Shown in pieces: positions 45,097-54,540 of a stretch of DNA of 64,000 bases. Below the pieces are notes generated by a model. It worked only from the letters and a program-made list of their open reading frames with translations. It did no database searches and was not told where the DNA came from. The stretch spans positions 754,406 through 818,405 of the forward strand of contig CAZKGL010000001.1 of NCBI GenBank assembly GCA_964552565.1, given 5' to 3'. This DNA comes from an uncultured Gammaproteobacteria bacterium (lineage in GTDB: Bacteria; Patescibacteriota; Patescibacteriia; UBA9934). The position numbers and the translations under genes were made by a program. How positions within the stretch are numbered: the first letter of the stretch is position 1; every line of letters starts with the position of its first letter.

Positions 45097-47703
45097 CTAT
45101 TCACGCTCAAGGAGCACGCGGTAGAATTGGTCTTCCGCATTGTCGGCCGTCACCGTACCCTGGCCGAATGCGTCATGCGAGCTCCAGACCGCAGCGAGCG
45201 ACGGCGGGAGGCTCACGGTGACCGACGTCATGCGAGACAGCACGCCGGGCTGCTTTTGGACAAACATCGTATACGGCGCAAGGCGACCGAGGCCGAGCTC
45301 GTTTTTTGCCATGCCGAGGAGGCCGGAGTCTTCGTTCGGCGCCACGGAAAACGGGAGGCGGTAGGTCAACCGCACGACTTCGGTCTCTCCCGGCGCCGTC
45401 TGCATCCAGTTGCCAAACACCGTCTTCCCTTCTTCGTTCCAGATGTCCGTTCCCGTCGCGAGGTCGCTATGGACATCCGTCATCGCGAGCGTCAGCTCTT
45501 CGTCGAGCGCAAGCGGAAGGTCCGAGTCCTCAAAGAGCTCTTCCGAAGGGATTTCAAATCCTTCCGCGGAGAGCAGCGTGCTCCCCTGCGGGACGTACAG
45601 TCGGAGATAATCGACGTTATTTCTTCCGGAGAACAACGCATCCGGCATGCCGGTGTGTACTTTGGTGATCGTCACCGTATTCGTGACCGCGCCGGCCTCG
45701 TCGATATCGACCGCGACATCGACGGTCTGCGCGATGACCGAGTCGGTCTTCCCGCCGCCGAGGTTCGTGTTCACGACCATGAGGTAATCGCCGCTCGTCG
45801 ACTTGATGCCGCCCGACCACCCGAGGTCCTCAATGGCAGCCTCAAGATCGTTGTCGTCAAAGAACACCTGGATATCCTTTTCGTGGAGGCCCTCCCCGAC
45901 GAGGTCGAGGATGGCGAGGAAGGTCGGAAGGTCGGCCTCGGTGATGCGCTCGAGGAGTTTCGGAGCAAGATCGCCGATGAACGCCTTCGGGGCATTCTCC
46001 TCTTTGTCGTACTCGAGCTCGACGATCTTTTGCGTTTCGAACAGGAAGTTTTCCGCATCGATGGTGCGGCCGTACTCCGGCATCTCGACCGGACCGGTCA
46101 GCGCCAAGAGTTTTACGACGAACGTCGCGTTGACCGCGATGACCCCGTCGGTCGTCGGGCCGCCGGCGTTTTCGTAAAACCACTGTAATTTGCGTGCGGA
46201 CGACGGGAAATCGGGGAACCAGTTCGCGTCCTGCATCTCCCACCGCGCCTTCAGGAGCGACAAGGGGCCGGGCGCCGCGACGAACTCGGTCAGCTGGCCC
46301 TGCACGTCGTAGGTACCGCCGCCGGGGATATGCATGTCCTCGATGACCCCGTGGCGGACGTCGAGTTCGGCAAAACTGCCGATGAACCCGCCGGTCGGGC
46401 GGAGTTCGGTGTTGTTTTGGAACGCCACGAGGTAACGCATGGCGCCGTCGCCGCCGAGCATCGTCGACAGGGCGCTCGCAAACGTCACAAACTCGTCGAG
46501 CGCGACGGACAGGCGCGGGACGTATTCCTTGAGGTCGGCGACCTGCGCCTGGTACGAGGCGGGAACGACTGTGGGATCCACATCATCGAGGCTCGCCGCG
46601 GCAGCATCGGCGTGGGGCGCAGCCGCAGCGACCGCGGTCGCGAGGAGCTCGAGCTTTGTCACGACGTCGGTCGATTCTTGCCCGCCTACCGAGACCGCGA
46701 CGTCGCTCATGGTCGTCGCAATCGTCGCAAGCTCGCGGCCGGCGGTAATGAGTCCGCGCACCGAGTCGTACGTGCGGTCGGTCTCCGGGATGACGTTGAC
46801 GACCGTCGCGATGGCCGCGTGCATGTCGCCAAGCTGTGCCTCGGCGTCCGCAAACTTCGAGGCGGCGCGGGAAAACTCGTCTTCGGCAAGGGTAAACCGC
46901 TGGTCCGCAAAGGCAGACGCGCCGCGGGCAAAGTCATCGAACGCCGCACGGCTCTCGGCTTCGATCGCCGCCGCGTCCCCGCCCAGCGACCCGAACCCCT
47001 GCATGGCCTGCAGCGGAAGGACGAGGAGGAACGAAAGGCCGGTAAATGCCGCGAGCGCACGACGGGTGCCGTGCGGGAACACCCACACGCGCCGCCACGA
47101 GAACATGACGGTGCGTTCGGTCGGATCGGGTTCGGTCGCCGGCTCAGGATCGGATTCGACCTCGCAGATGATCTCTTCCGGCGTGATCTCGGCCGCGACG
47201 GTCTTCGCGGCATCGGGAACCGACGCGGCGGCCGCAGGCGTCACGAGGTCGTCAATCGACAGCCGCTCGGCAGGAATCGCATCGAAGACGAGCTCCTCAG
47301 GGACATCGGCCTCGTCCATCGTATCCTCCACTTCGGGCAAGTCCAGGACGATGTCCGCTTCGCGCATCTGCAGGCCGACCTCATCGGGGGTCGCATGGAA
47401 GTCGGGCGCGGCAAGCGACAGCGGAAGCGCATCGTCCTCCTCCCCTGCGTCGAGGATGAGGCTTGCTTTGAGCGCGGCGACCGCGTCCTCCTCCCGGGCA
47501 ATGGGGGCATCGCCGCGGGTCAGGCGGATGATGTACGGGGACAATGCCGGGGCCGAGCCGCGATAGACCGGCACGTGACGCTCGCCCGACGCAGCTTGCG
47601 TCCCGCGGAGGCGCTCTGGCAGGGCATCATCAAACACGCCGGGGGGCGAAACCATGACCTCCGTCTTGGGTTTTTGGGATTTTCGGGTTCGCTTGATGCT
47701 CAC
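45097..47703 (-). CDS. DUF4012 domain-containing membrane protein (polysaccharide/cell-envelope associated).
   Basis: MRYLVAFQNNTELRPTGGFIGSFAEL matches the DUF4012 core. N-terminal TM and a long coiled/Ala-rich region. Confidence 0.65.
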   Translation of the reverse strand: MSIKRTRKSQKPKTEVMVSPPGVFDDALPERLRGTQAASGERHVPVYRGSAPALSPYIIRLTRGDAPIAREEDAVAALKASLILDAGEEDDALPLSLAAPDFHATPDEVGLQMREADIVLDLPEVEDTMDEADVPEELVFDAIPAERLSIDDLVTPAAAASVPDAAKTVAAEITPEEIICEVESDPEPATEPDPTERTVMFSWRRVWVFPHGTRRALAAFTGLSFLLVLPLQAMQGFGSLGGDAAAIEAESRAAFDDFARGASAFADQRFTLAEDEFSRAASKFADAEAQLGDMHAAIATVVNVIPETDRTYDSVRGLITAGRELATIATTMSDVAVSVGGQESTDVVTKLELLATAVAAAAPHADAAAASLDDVDPTVVPASYQAQVADLKEYVPRLSVALDEFVTFASALSTMLGGDGAMRYLVAFQNNTELRPTGGFIGSFAELDVRHGVIEDMHIPGGGTYDVQGQLTEFVAAPGPLSLLKARWEMQDANWFPDFPSSARKLQWFYENAGGPTTDGVIAVNATFVVKLLALTGPVEMPEYGRTIDAENFLFETQKIVELEYDKEENAPKAFIGDLAPKLLERITEADLPTFLAILDLVGEGLHEKDIQVFFDDNDLEAAIEDLGWSGGIKSTSGDYLMVVNTNLGGGKTDSVIAQTVDVAVDIDEAGAVTNTVTITKVHTGMPDALFSGRNNVDYLRLYVPQGSTLLSAEGFEIPSEELFEDSDLPLALDEELTLAMTDVHSDLATGTDIWNEEGKTVFGNWMQTAPGETEVVRLTYRLPFSVAPNEDSGLLGMAKNELGLGRLAPYTMFVQKQPGVLSRMTSVTVSLPPSLAAVWSSHDAFGQGTVTADNAEDQFYRVLLERE

Positions 47704-48830
47704 ACGCGGCGGGTGGCGATTCGGGCGTAGGTTTCCAGAGTAAGTTGCGCGGTGCGTTCCCAGCGGTACTCGAGTGCGTGCCGTTTCGCTTGGTCGATGC
47801 CCTGCGCCGGCTTCCGTTTCGCCGCATCGTCCATAATCTCCGCCAGCCCCTCGATATCGTCCGGTTCGAAAAACCGTGCATGGGTGCCAAGGATCTCGGG
47901 GATCGACGCGGCTCGCGCCGCAGCGACCGGCGTGCCGTACGTCATTGCTTCCAGAGGGGGAATGCCGAACCCTTCGATGCGCGAGGGGTAGATGAACAGC
48001 TGCGCATGGCGGTACAGGGCGGCGAGTTCGTCGTCGGTCGGCAGGTCCACGAACCGGATTACCGCAGACGGGATGCCGATCTCGCTCGCTTCCGTTTCCA
48101 GCTTCCGGGAAAACACGTCCCGGCGACCGGCGATGACGAGTTGGATCGAAGGGTGCGCGCCGCGGAACATCGCGAACGCATGCAGCATCATCTCGAGGTT
48201 CTTGTGCGGGTACGCGTTCCCGACATACAGGAAGTACGGCTCATACGCCCCGAGCGCCCGGAGGTTCACGCCGCTGCCGTCGCCCGGCCTTCCCACCCCG
48301 TTCGGGACGACGGAGATCTTCTGCGCCCGGACACGGAAGTGGCGCAAAAGGGAGGCTTTTGTGTACTCGGACACGGCAATGATGTGCTTGCTGCGATGGA
48401 CCGCATGCTCGAGCGCGATGCGGTGCCCGACCTGCTTGATGCCGTGCACGAACGGGTTCCTCGTACTTGCGCGAGCCGACTGGGCGTCTTCGAGCAAGAT
48501 GAGGTCGTGGATGGTGACGACAAACGGGACGCGTGAAAGGACGGGGACGTTCCAGTGCGGGTAGTGCATGAAGTGGACCTTCGCATGCGCCACTTCACGC
48601 GGCATGACGCGCTGTTCCTCGAACGTGTACCACGGAACGTCCACGAGACGCTTTTGGAAGTTGGGATTCGTAATGGCGCACTCGTGGAAGTTTTCCTTGC
48701 GCAAGAAGAGGACGTAGGAATTCGTGCGGTCCAGGGCCTGCAAATGCGTGACCAATTCGGCGACGTAACGGCCAAGACCGCCCCCGCCTACACGCGGCCC
48801 ATAAAACCGTGCATCGATGCCTATCCTCAT
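47700..48830 (-). CDS. Glycosyltransferase family 4 (GT-B), third copy.
   Basis: MRIGIDARFYGPRVGGGGLGRYVAELV... and EGFGIPPLEAMTYGTPVAAA. Overlaps the DUF4012 gene by 4 nt (operon). Confidence 0.8.
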   Translation of the reverse strand: MRIGIDARFYGPRVGGGGLGRYVAELVTHLQALDRTNSYVLFLRKENFHECAITNPNFQKRLVDVPWYTFEEQRVMPREVAHAKVHFMHYPHWNVPVLSRVPFVVTIHDLILLEDAQSARASTRNPFVHGIKQVGHRIALEHAVHRSKHIIAVSEYTKASLLRHFRVRAQKISVVPNGVGRPGDGSGVNLRALGAYEPYFLYVGNAYPHKNLEMMLHAFAMFRGAHPSIQLVIAGRRDVFSRKLETEASEIGIPSAVIRFVDLPTDDELAALYRHAQLFIYPSRIEGFGIPPLEAMTYGTPVAAARAASIPEILGTHARFFEPDDIEGLAEIMDDAAKRKPAQGIDQAKRHALEYRWERTAQLTLETYARIATRRV

Positions 48831-48912
48831 GGGGATATTTTATCACAGTCTGTGGACAAATTGTGTTCATACAAGTGCTAGACTGTGTACAAATTTTTCT
48901 CGTCCTGACGCT

Positions 48913-49458
48913 ATGTACCGCGGCGGCATTGAAGTCATCTCCGGATGCATGTTTTCCGGCAAAACTGAAGAGTTATTACGGCGCATCCGCCGTGCCGAAC
49001 TGGCCCGGCTCCCGGTGCAGCTCTTTAAGCATGCAATCGACAACCGCTACACCGACGGCCACGTAGAGAGCCATTCGTCCATGAAGCTGCCGGCGACCGG
49101 CGCCATGAGCGTCGCCGAACTGCGCGCGAAGCTCTCCCCCACCGCGCACGTCATCGGCATCGACGAGGCGCAGTTCTACGAGCCCGAGATCGTGCCGTTC
49201 GTCACCGAACTCGCGAACCGCGGGCGGCAAGTCATCCTTGCCGGCCTCGACACGGATTTCCGCGGCGTTCCCTTCGGTCCCATGCCTGCGCTGATGGCTA
49301 TCGCGGAACAGGTGACGAAAATCCACGCGGTCTGCATGGTCTGCGGGAACCCCGCGACGCAAACCCAGCGTCTCACCGACTCACGCGAAATCGTGGTCGT
49401 CGGCGCCAAAGACACGTACGAAGCCCGCTGCCGCCAGTGCTTCCGGCCGGGTGTATAA
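48913..49458 (+). CDS. tdk: Thymidine kinase.
   Basis: ISGCMFSGKTEELLRR (P-loop), IGIDEAQF, and C-terminal Zn ribbon CMVCGNPATQTQR...CRQCF. Confidence 0.85.
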   Translation: MYRGGIEVISGCMFSGKTEELLRRIRRAELARLPVQLFKHAIDNRYTDGHVESHSSMKLPATGAMSVAELRAKLSPTAHVIGIDEAQFYEPEIVPFVTELANRGRQVILAGLDTDFRGVPFGPMPALMAIAEQVTKIHAVCMVCGNPATQTQRLTDSREIVVVGAKDTYEARCRQCFRPGV

Positions 49459-49545
49459 CTCGTTTGACCACGGTACTATTTGGCGATAAGCTGGGATTAA
49501 TCCCGATGGAGCTTTCCTACAAGGCTTATTCGAGGTGACGATAAA

Positions 49546-49587
49546 GACTCCCCTGATGCATCTGCATCGGCGGGAGTCTTTATTTTC
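49546..49587 (+). terminator. Rho-independent terminator after tdk (gactcccc...ggggagtc + tttattttc).
   Basis: 8-bp stem, 18-nt loop, T-rich tail. Confidence 0.6.
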
Positions 49588-49610
49588 ATCTATCCCCGGG
49601 GTCGGATCTG

Positions 49611-49688
49611 GGGCCTGTAGGAGTAATCGGTAACTCCATCGTGATTGTCACCTCGAGGTTGCGGGTTCGAATCCCGCCAGGTCCACCA
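49611..49688 (+). tRNA. tRNA-like sequence with well-formed acceptor, D and T arms but a non-pairing anticodon stem (possible pseudo-tRNA or non-decoding tRNA-like element).
   Basis: GGGCCTGTAGGAGTAATCGGTAACTCCATCGTGATTGTCACCTCGAGGTTGCGGGTTCGAATCCCGCCAGGTCCACCA. Acceptor 7 bp with one G·U, D stem GGAG/CTCC, T arm GCGGG-TTCGAAT-CCCGC, CCA present. The anticodon stem TCGTG/CCTCG pairs only 3 of 5, and the GTGATTGTCAC palindrome is internal. Confidence 0.4.
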
Positions 49689-49760
49689 TCGCTCCCCAGA
49701 TGGTTCCGTGACCCCAAAGACCACACAAACCCGCGCCCAGCGCGGGTTTGTGCTATGCGT

Positions 49761-50369
49761 TCAGATAATCCCTTGGCACCGGGCGATGAAGTGGCGGACG
49801 TGGTGGGCGATGATATCGCAGCGCTCCTCCCACATCATGGCCGCAGGGACTTCAATGAGGTTCGGGTGGCCAACCCACGTCGCGCGGGTCTTTCGGTCGA
49901 GGTCGTCGACAATCGCGATATCGTCGATGCGGTAGCTTTTTGTTTTCCAATAAAACTCGAGGATGTGCCGCGCAGGGACGGTAAAGTACAGCACAAGGTC
50001 GTAGCGTTCATGGAGCGTCGGAACCGGCTGGTTGAGCGCCTCGGCAAGCTCGTGGATGCCGCCGTCGAGGTATGCGGCGGCGTCATGCACCGCACGGTCG
50101 ACGATGACCGCCTGGAGCTCGGGCCGGCGTGTCCGCTGGACGTCGGCCATGTCTTCAAGCGCCATGCGCATAGAACTGATCGCCTCGACGAAACGGTGGT
50201 CTTCGGACTCGTTCGGCGGCGGGAAGAGCTCGGCATCAAACACGAACGAGGCGATCTCCGGCACGACGCGCACTTGGTCGCGAAAGCGGTCCTTCAGCAT
50301 TTGGAGCGCCGTCGTCTTTCCCGTACACGGGGCGCCGGAAAGCGCGATGCGCGGCAAACGAACGCTCAT
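49761..50369 (-). CDS. P-loop ATPase/kinase of the AAA_28 (NadR C-terminal/Ttd14-like) type.
   Basis: Walker A IALSGAPCTGKTT. About 200 aa. Starts with an ATGA overlap with the upstream FemAB gene. The real start is within track ORF 49761..50684. Confidence 0.55.
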   Translation of the reverse strand: MSVRLPRIALSGAPCTGKTTALQMLKDRFRDQVRVVPEIASFVFDAELFPPPNESEDHRFVEAISSMRMALEDMADVQRTRRPELQAVIVDRAVHDAAAYLDGGIHELAEALNQPVPTLHERYDLVLYFTVPARHILEFYWKTKSYRIDDIAIVDDLDRKTRATWVGHPNLIEVPAAMMWEERCDIIAHHVRHFIARCQGII

Positions 50370-51325
50370 AGGCGGAGTCCGCGGCGGATGCCTTGGACGA
50401 GTTTTGACCCGCGGTAGAGCGCGTACACGGGCATGCTGAGCGGAATGTCGTAGGTGCCGGGCATCGCCACGATCTCCCCGCCGAACCCGAGCTTGAACTG
50501 CGTCACGCCGGCCCAGCGGTGCCCCTTGCGCGCGCCGACCGGCGCAACGCCCCAAAAATCGTAGCTCGTCATACCGGCCGCGATCGCGTCCTGAATGAGG
50601 AAGCGGTGCAGAAAGCTGGGCGCTTGCAGGTTGCGGTGCAGGTTGCTCGACGCCCCGTGGAGGTAGGTCCGTTGGCCGTTGCAATCGATGGAAATGTTTG
50701 CGGCTAGCGGCCGCCCCTCGAACTCGGCAAACGCAAGCGTCGCGCGGACATCCCCGCCCGAAAGCGCGCCGAGCATCGCCTCATAGTAGGCAATGGGATG
50801 GAGGTGGAACTTGTCCCGCGTCGCCGTCTGTTCGAGCAGCCGCGCAAGGTCATCGATGGCGTCATGGCCGGCGAACCGCGCCGTCACGCCTTTCTTTTCC
50901 GCAAGGCGGATGTTGTAGCGCATTTTCGGCTTCATGTTTGCCAGGAGCTTGTCCATGCCTTGCGTCAGGTCGAGGATCGCCGTCACCGCCGGCTGGACCT
51001 CGCGGACGTGGAGGCCGCGCGGTGCCTCCTTCGGCTCCACGCGGACAAACGCCCCGTGCGGGAAATGTCCCGAGAGTTCCTTCATCATGTCCGCGACCGG
51101 CATGGTGCCAAGCGGGCCCTTCGGGATCTGCCAGTAACTCCAGCCGAACGGGAGGTCGAGACGAACCGCTTGCGCAAGCATGACGCCGCGTTCGTCCTCA
51201 ATGTGGATGCGCTCGACCTTGCGGCCAAGCGACTCCTGGAACATGCCCCACTCCCACGACTGCAAAAACGCCCCAAACCGCGGCGCGTGCGCATTCACCA
51301 GTGCGTTCCAGGTAGTCCGGTCCAT
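50366..51325 (-). CDS. FemAB-family peptidyltransferase (lipid II aminoacyl-tRNA-dependent cross-bridge formation, FemX-like).
   Basis: MDRTTWNALVNAHAPRFGAFLQSWEWG... and ...TYLHGASSNLHRNLQAPSFLHRFLIQDAIAAGMTSYDFWGV fit the FemAB fold hallmarks. Start chosen at 51325 (conserved N-terminus). Confidence 0.7.
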   Translation of the reverse strand: MDRTTWNALVNAHAPRFGAFLQSWEWGMFQESLGRKVERIHIEDERGVMLAQAVRLDLPFGWSYWQIPKGPLGTMPVADMMKELSGHFPHGAFVRVEPKEAPRGLHVREVQPAVTAILDLTQGMDKLLANMKPKMRYNIRLAEKKGVTARFAGHDAIDDLARLLEQTATRDKFHLHPIAYYEAMLGALSGGDVRATLAFAEFEGRPLAANISIDCNGQRTYLHGASSNLHRNLQAPSFLHRFLIQDAIAAGMTSYDFWGVAPVGARKGHRWAGVTQFKLGFGGEIVAMPGTYDIPLSMPVYALYRGSKLVQGIRRGLRL

Positions 51326-51326
51326 G

Positions 51327-51878
51327 CTAGCGGGTCTTTCCAAGAAGCTGCAGGGCGTGTTTGAGACGGTCCTCCGTGCGTTCACCCTCGATCGACGGCA
51401 ACACCGCCGTGACATCGCTCCGATGGTACCCGAGTCCGAGCAGCGCCTCAACCAGCTCTCCATCGCCCGGCGCCACCTCGCCAGTTTCTTCTACAAGCAC
51501 CCCTTTCAACTCGAGCACGATCTTCTGCGCGGTCTTTTTGCCCACGCCGGAAATGCTCGTAAGGAAGGCAACGTCTCCTTTTGCGATGCGGGCCCGCAAC
51601 ATCGACTCCGAACCGCTCGCAAGGATCTTCTGCGCCATCTTGGGGCCGACGCCGTCGATGGCGATAAGGCGATGGAAAAACGCGAGCTCCTCCCGGGTCG
51701 CGAAGCCGTACAGGTCATAGCGGTCCTCACGGATAACTTCCGCAAGATAGAGCCGCGCCGTTTCCCCGGTCTCGCCGACGCCCCTGCTTGTAAACACGCG
51801 GTACCCGACGCCCGAAACGAGCAGCACGACGCTGTCCTCTTCGCGGATAGCAATGGTCCCTTCGAGCAGCGCGAGCAT
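51327..51878 (-). CDS. ruvA: Holliday junction ATP-dependent DNA helicase RuvA.
   Basis: MLALLEGTIAIREEDSVVLLVSGVGYRVF... OB domain, two HhH (GVGPKMAQKIL, ISGVGKKTAQKIVLEL), C-terminal domain III. Confidence 0.85.
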   Translation of the reverse strand: MLALLEGTIAIREEDSVVLLVSGVGYRVFTSRGVGETGETARLYLAEVIREDRYDLYGFATREELAFFHRLIAIDGVGPKMAQKILASGSESMLRARIAKGDVAFLTSISGVGKKTAQKIVLELKGVLVEETGEVAPGDGELVEALLGLGYHRSDVTAVLPSIEGERTEDRLKHALQLLGKTR

Positions 51879-51912
51879 AATGCGGTTATTGTGGCATGCC
51901 CCCAGGGCACGG

Positions 51913-53106
51913 TCAAAGCGCGGCGAGCAGCGTACGCGCGTGGGCGGCACGACGCAGGATTTCTTCGGTATGCGGACCAAAATCCGGCCGGTGGGACGGG
52001 TCGGCGAGCGTCGCCATCACCCGCGCCATCACTTCGCCCCGCTCCGGGCCGATCGGCGTCCCAAGGAGCGCGAACACGGATTCCCCATCGAGCCCTGCGG
52101 CGGCGAGGGCGTCTTTCTGCGCCTGTTTCACCGCCCGTGCCGCACGCTCCTCGCGTTCGGCATGCCGGCGCGGCATTGCGTCGCGTTCGGCGCGGAGGAC
52201 GTTGACGACAAGGTCGGTCTGCGCAACCGGGGCGCCGTCGGCGACCCCGACGCTCCCCACCACGGCGTCGAGAAACAGTACCGCAAGCATGAGGTCGAGG
52301 AAGAGCCCGACGTTCAGCCCCGCCTTGCCCGCCCGCGCAGCCATCACCTCGTACTTTTTTGCGTCAGGGCCCTTCGTGAACGATTGGATGACGTCGATGT
52401 GGTACCGCACGAGTTCCGCGAGGAGCTTTGCTTGGGATGTCGGCAAACCGAGGAGCGCGAGGACGTCATGGCGTACGGCGGCAAACTCCGGCGACCCGCC
52501 GTGCGTGTCGTGGCCGATGTAATGCGTCGCGATCCGGCACTCCTCGTAAAATCCCTGCATTGCGTCGATGGTGTCCCCTGGATGCGCAGCCGCATAGGCT
52601 CGGCGCAGCTTGTCGTACCGCACGCACTCGGCGGCGGTCGCGGGGTGCGACGGGTCGCGTTTGCGTACCGCGAACCCCTCTTTCGCGCCGCGCGAGTCCT
52701 GCGGCGCGTCGAAGGACGTCGTGCCGGGCTTCGCGGCATCATGGACAAGCGCAAAGGCGGCGAGAAACGTCGCGTGCGTACGGAGCGTCGCTTCAAGCGA
52801 CGCGATATCCAGCCGGAGGTCCTTTTCGCGCGCAAACTCTTCGATATCGGCGAGCGACGCGCCGGATTCGATGACAAACAGGCCGGCCAGGATGCGCGCG
52901 ACATGGTCGGCGAGCACCGGCCCCTCGCAATGCCACGGCCCGCCTTGCGGCGTCGTCCGCCAGGAGCCGAGCGCGGGTACGGTCTGCTCGGCGCGACGCA
53001 TGAGGTCGGCCGCCCGGCCCCGGGCCCCCGCCTCATGCGCAGAAAACCAGGCCAAAAGTGGCCGCACTTCACCTTCCCTCCGTGCTGTTCCCCGCTGCTC
53101 AAACAT
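51913..53106 (-). CDS. HD-domain phosphohydrolase family protein.
   Basis: H...HDxxK metal-binding signature (HATFLAAFALVHDAAKP). About 400 aa. Confidence 0.5.
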   Translation of the reverse strand: MFEQRGTARREGEVRPLLAWFSAHEAGARGRAADLMRRAEQTVPALGSWRTTPQGGPWHCEGPVLADHVARILAGLFVIESGASLADIEEFAREKDLRLDIASLEATLRTHATFLAAFALVHDAAKPGTTSFDAPQDSRGAKEGFAVRKRDPSHPATAAECVRYDKLRRAYAAAHPGDTIDAMQGFYEECRIATHYIGHDTHGGSPEFAAVRHDVLALLGLPTSQAKLLAELVRYHIDVIQSFTKGPDAKKYEVMAARAGKAGLNVGLFLDLMLAVLFLDAVVGSVGVADGAPVAQTDLVVNVLRAERDAMPRRHAEREERAARAVKQAQKDALAAAGLDGESVFALLGTPIGPERGEVMARVMATLADPSHRPDFGPHTEEILRRAAHARTLLAAL

Positions 53107-53736
53107 GGTCGAAGTATAACATGATACCGGATATCCCCAACTTCTGTACGAAGTGTTTTTCCACTTTTTGCCTTATTTTGCTTCCTTTTCTCCTCCTACC
53201 AGGAAAGTTGTAAACAACTTATTGACAGTTAATTGCTGAGTTGTTAAGGTCCACTCGGCGTGCGGGTAGCCCTGACTCCCGGGGCTTGCACGTCACTTGG
53301 AGGGCGCTTGTTCGGGACCAAGCCGTAGCCATGTGCTACCACAACCGTCACCCGGACACTCGCCTTTAGCTGAACCTAAGTAGCCTGGCAGGACTTCGTC
53401 CCTTCCCCCTCCCACACGCAGCCGCGTGGTGGCTCCACACAAGCCTTGAGGTTTGGGGGGGTAATGGACAACAAATGCCAAAGTGGGGCGTCGCGCGGAG
53501 CAATCCAAGCGAATGGGCGGCTGTTCGCCGCCCGGGCAAGCCCCAATACTCTCCTGCGTCCGGGTTCCTAGGATGGGAACCGACAAAGGCCGCGAACCCT
53601 GGTGAGGGAACGCGCTGACGGCAGGGTAATGGTTCACGCTCCTCATTTGGGGTAATCAGAGGAGTCCAGCGTCGAAGAGGTCCGGCTTCCTTCGTCCTTC
53701 GGGACGTTGGAGGCCGGACCTCAATTGCTTTCTGAC
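53107..53736. other. 630-bp GC-rich non-coding region with extensive secondary structure (UUCG-capped 10-bp-stem hairpin at roughly 53650-53697, multiple G/C-rich helices). Candidate structured ncRNA of unknown class.
   Basis: No credible ORF. TTGACA-N17-TAAGGT promoter-like hexamers at roughly 53223-53257 (+). Hairpin gaggtccggc...cgtcc-TTCG-ggacg...gccggacctc. The AT-rich promoter of the HD gene sits only in the last roughly 120 bp. Confidence 0.3.
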
Positions 53737-54501
53737 TTACTTTTTTGTCGTTTTCACAGCCTTCGTCACAGGCGCCTTCTCCCATGCCGCCATGAACAGC
53801 GCCTTCATCGTATCGGCGAAGATCTGGTTGTCGATAATGACGACTTCCACCTTCCCATAAAAGTGCACGAACGCGACGCGGTTTGCGTAGACCCAGATGT
53901 CGCCCTGGAACTCGCACAGCGGTTGCGACAGTTCGCGCAGCTGGACGTTCTGCATCGGGTTGATCGGCGTCCCGCAGTGGAGGATGCGGGTGGTGATCTT
54001 CGAGTAGTCGATCTGCTTCTTTTCCGAGCTGAGCAACTTTGCGTCGAGCGCCGAGTAGACGATGTCGAGGTTCGACACTTCATACACCTCGGTCGGCTCG
54101 ACGAGCGCGACGTCGCGGAACAGCGCGCGTACCGCCTCATCGCCCTTGTAGTAACGGACGCGCGGCTTGCTCGACCCTCCCTGGAGCAGGCGGATCTCCG
54201 GCAGGATGCGGTTCAATGTCCCGAGTTCGCTTTGGATGTCGCGGATGCGTCCTTCAAAGTACGACTCGAGTTTTTCCGGTTCCTCTGCAGTGAAGTTTTT
54301 GCGCTTCCCTTGGGTGAAGCTACTGGCGAGCCCCTTCTTTTCCAGGGTCGAGATGATCTCGTAGGCGGCGGTGCGGGAAATCTTCGCCTCTCGGGCGATG
54401 TGCTGCACTGTGTCCGGACCGAGCTTCAACATGGCCAAGTAGACGCGTGCCTCCGTCTCGGTCAAACCGAGTTTTACGAGCGATGATTGGATCGGGCTCA
54501 T
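53737..54501 (-). CDS. TrmB-family transcriptional regulator (N-terminal winged HTH).
   Basis: LGLTETEARVYLAMLKLGPDTVQHIAREAKISRTAAYEIISTLEKKGLA is a typical TrmB HTH. Confidence 0.65.
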   Translation of the reverse strand: MSPIQSSLVKLGLTETEARVYLAMLKLGPDTVQHIAREAKISRTAAYEIISTLEKKGLASSFTQGKRKNFTAEEPEKLESYFEGRIRDIQSELGTLNRILPEIRLLQGGSSKPRVRYYKGDEAVRALFRDVALVEPTEVYEVSNLDIVYSALDAKLLSSEKKQIDYSKITTRILHCGTPINPMQNVQLRELSQPLCEFQGDIWVYANRVAFVHFYGKVEVVIIDNQIFADTMKALFMAAWEKAPVTKAVKTTKK

Positions 54502-54540
54502 AGCGTTGGATGTTGCCGAAGGGTAGCACGGCTGCCATTA

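Noticed and set aside
53427-53436. Possible tmRNA 3' end (GGAGCCACCA on the - strand) in the 630-bp non-coding region.
   Set aside because: No GTTCRANYC T-arm is in the preceding 30 nt. There is no matching 5' acceptor strand or a tag-peptide reading frame ending in an Ala-Ala-stop.
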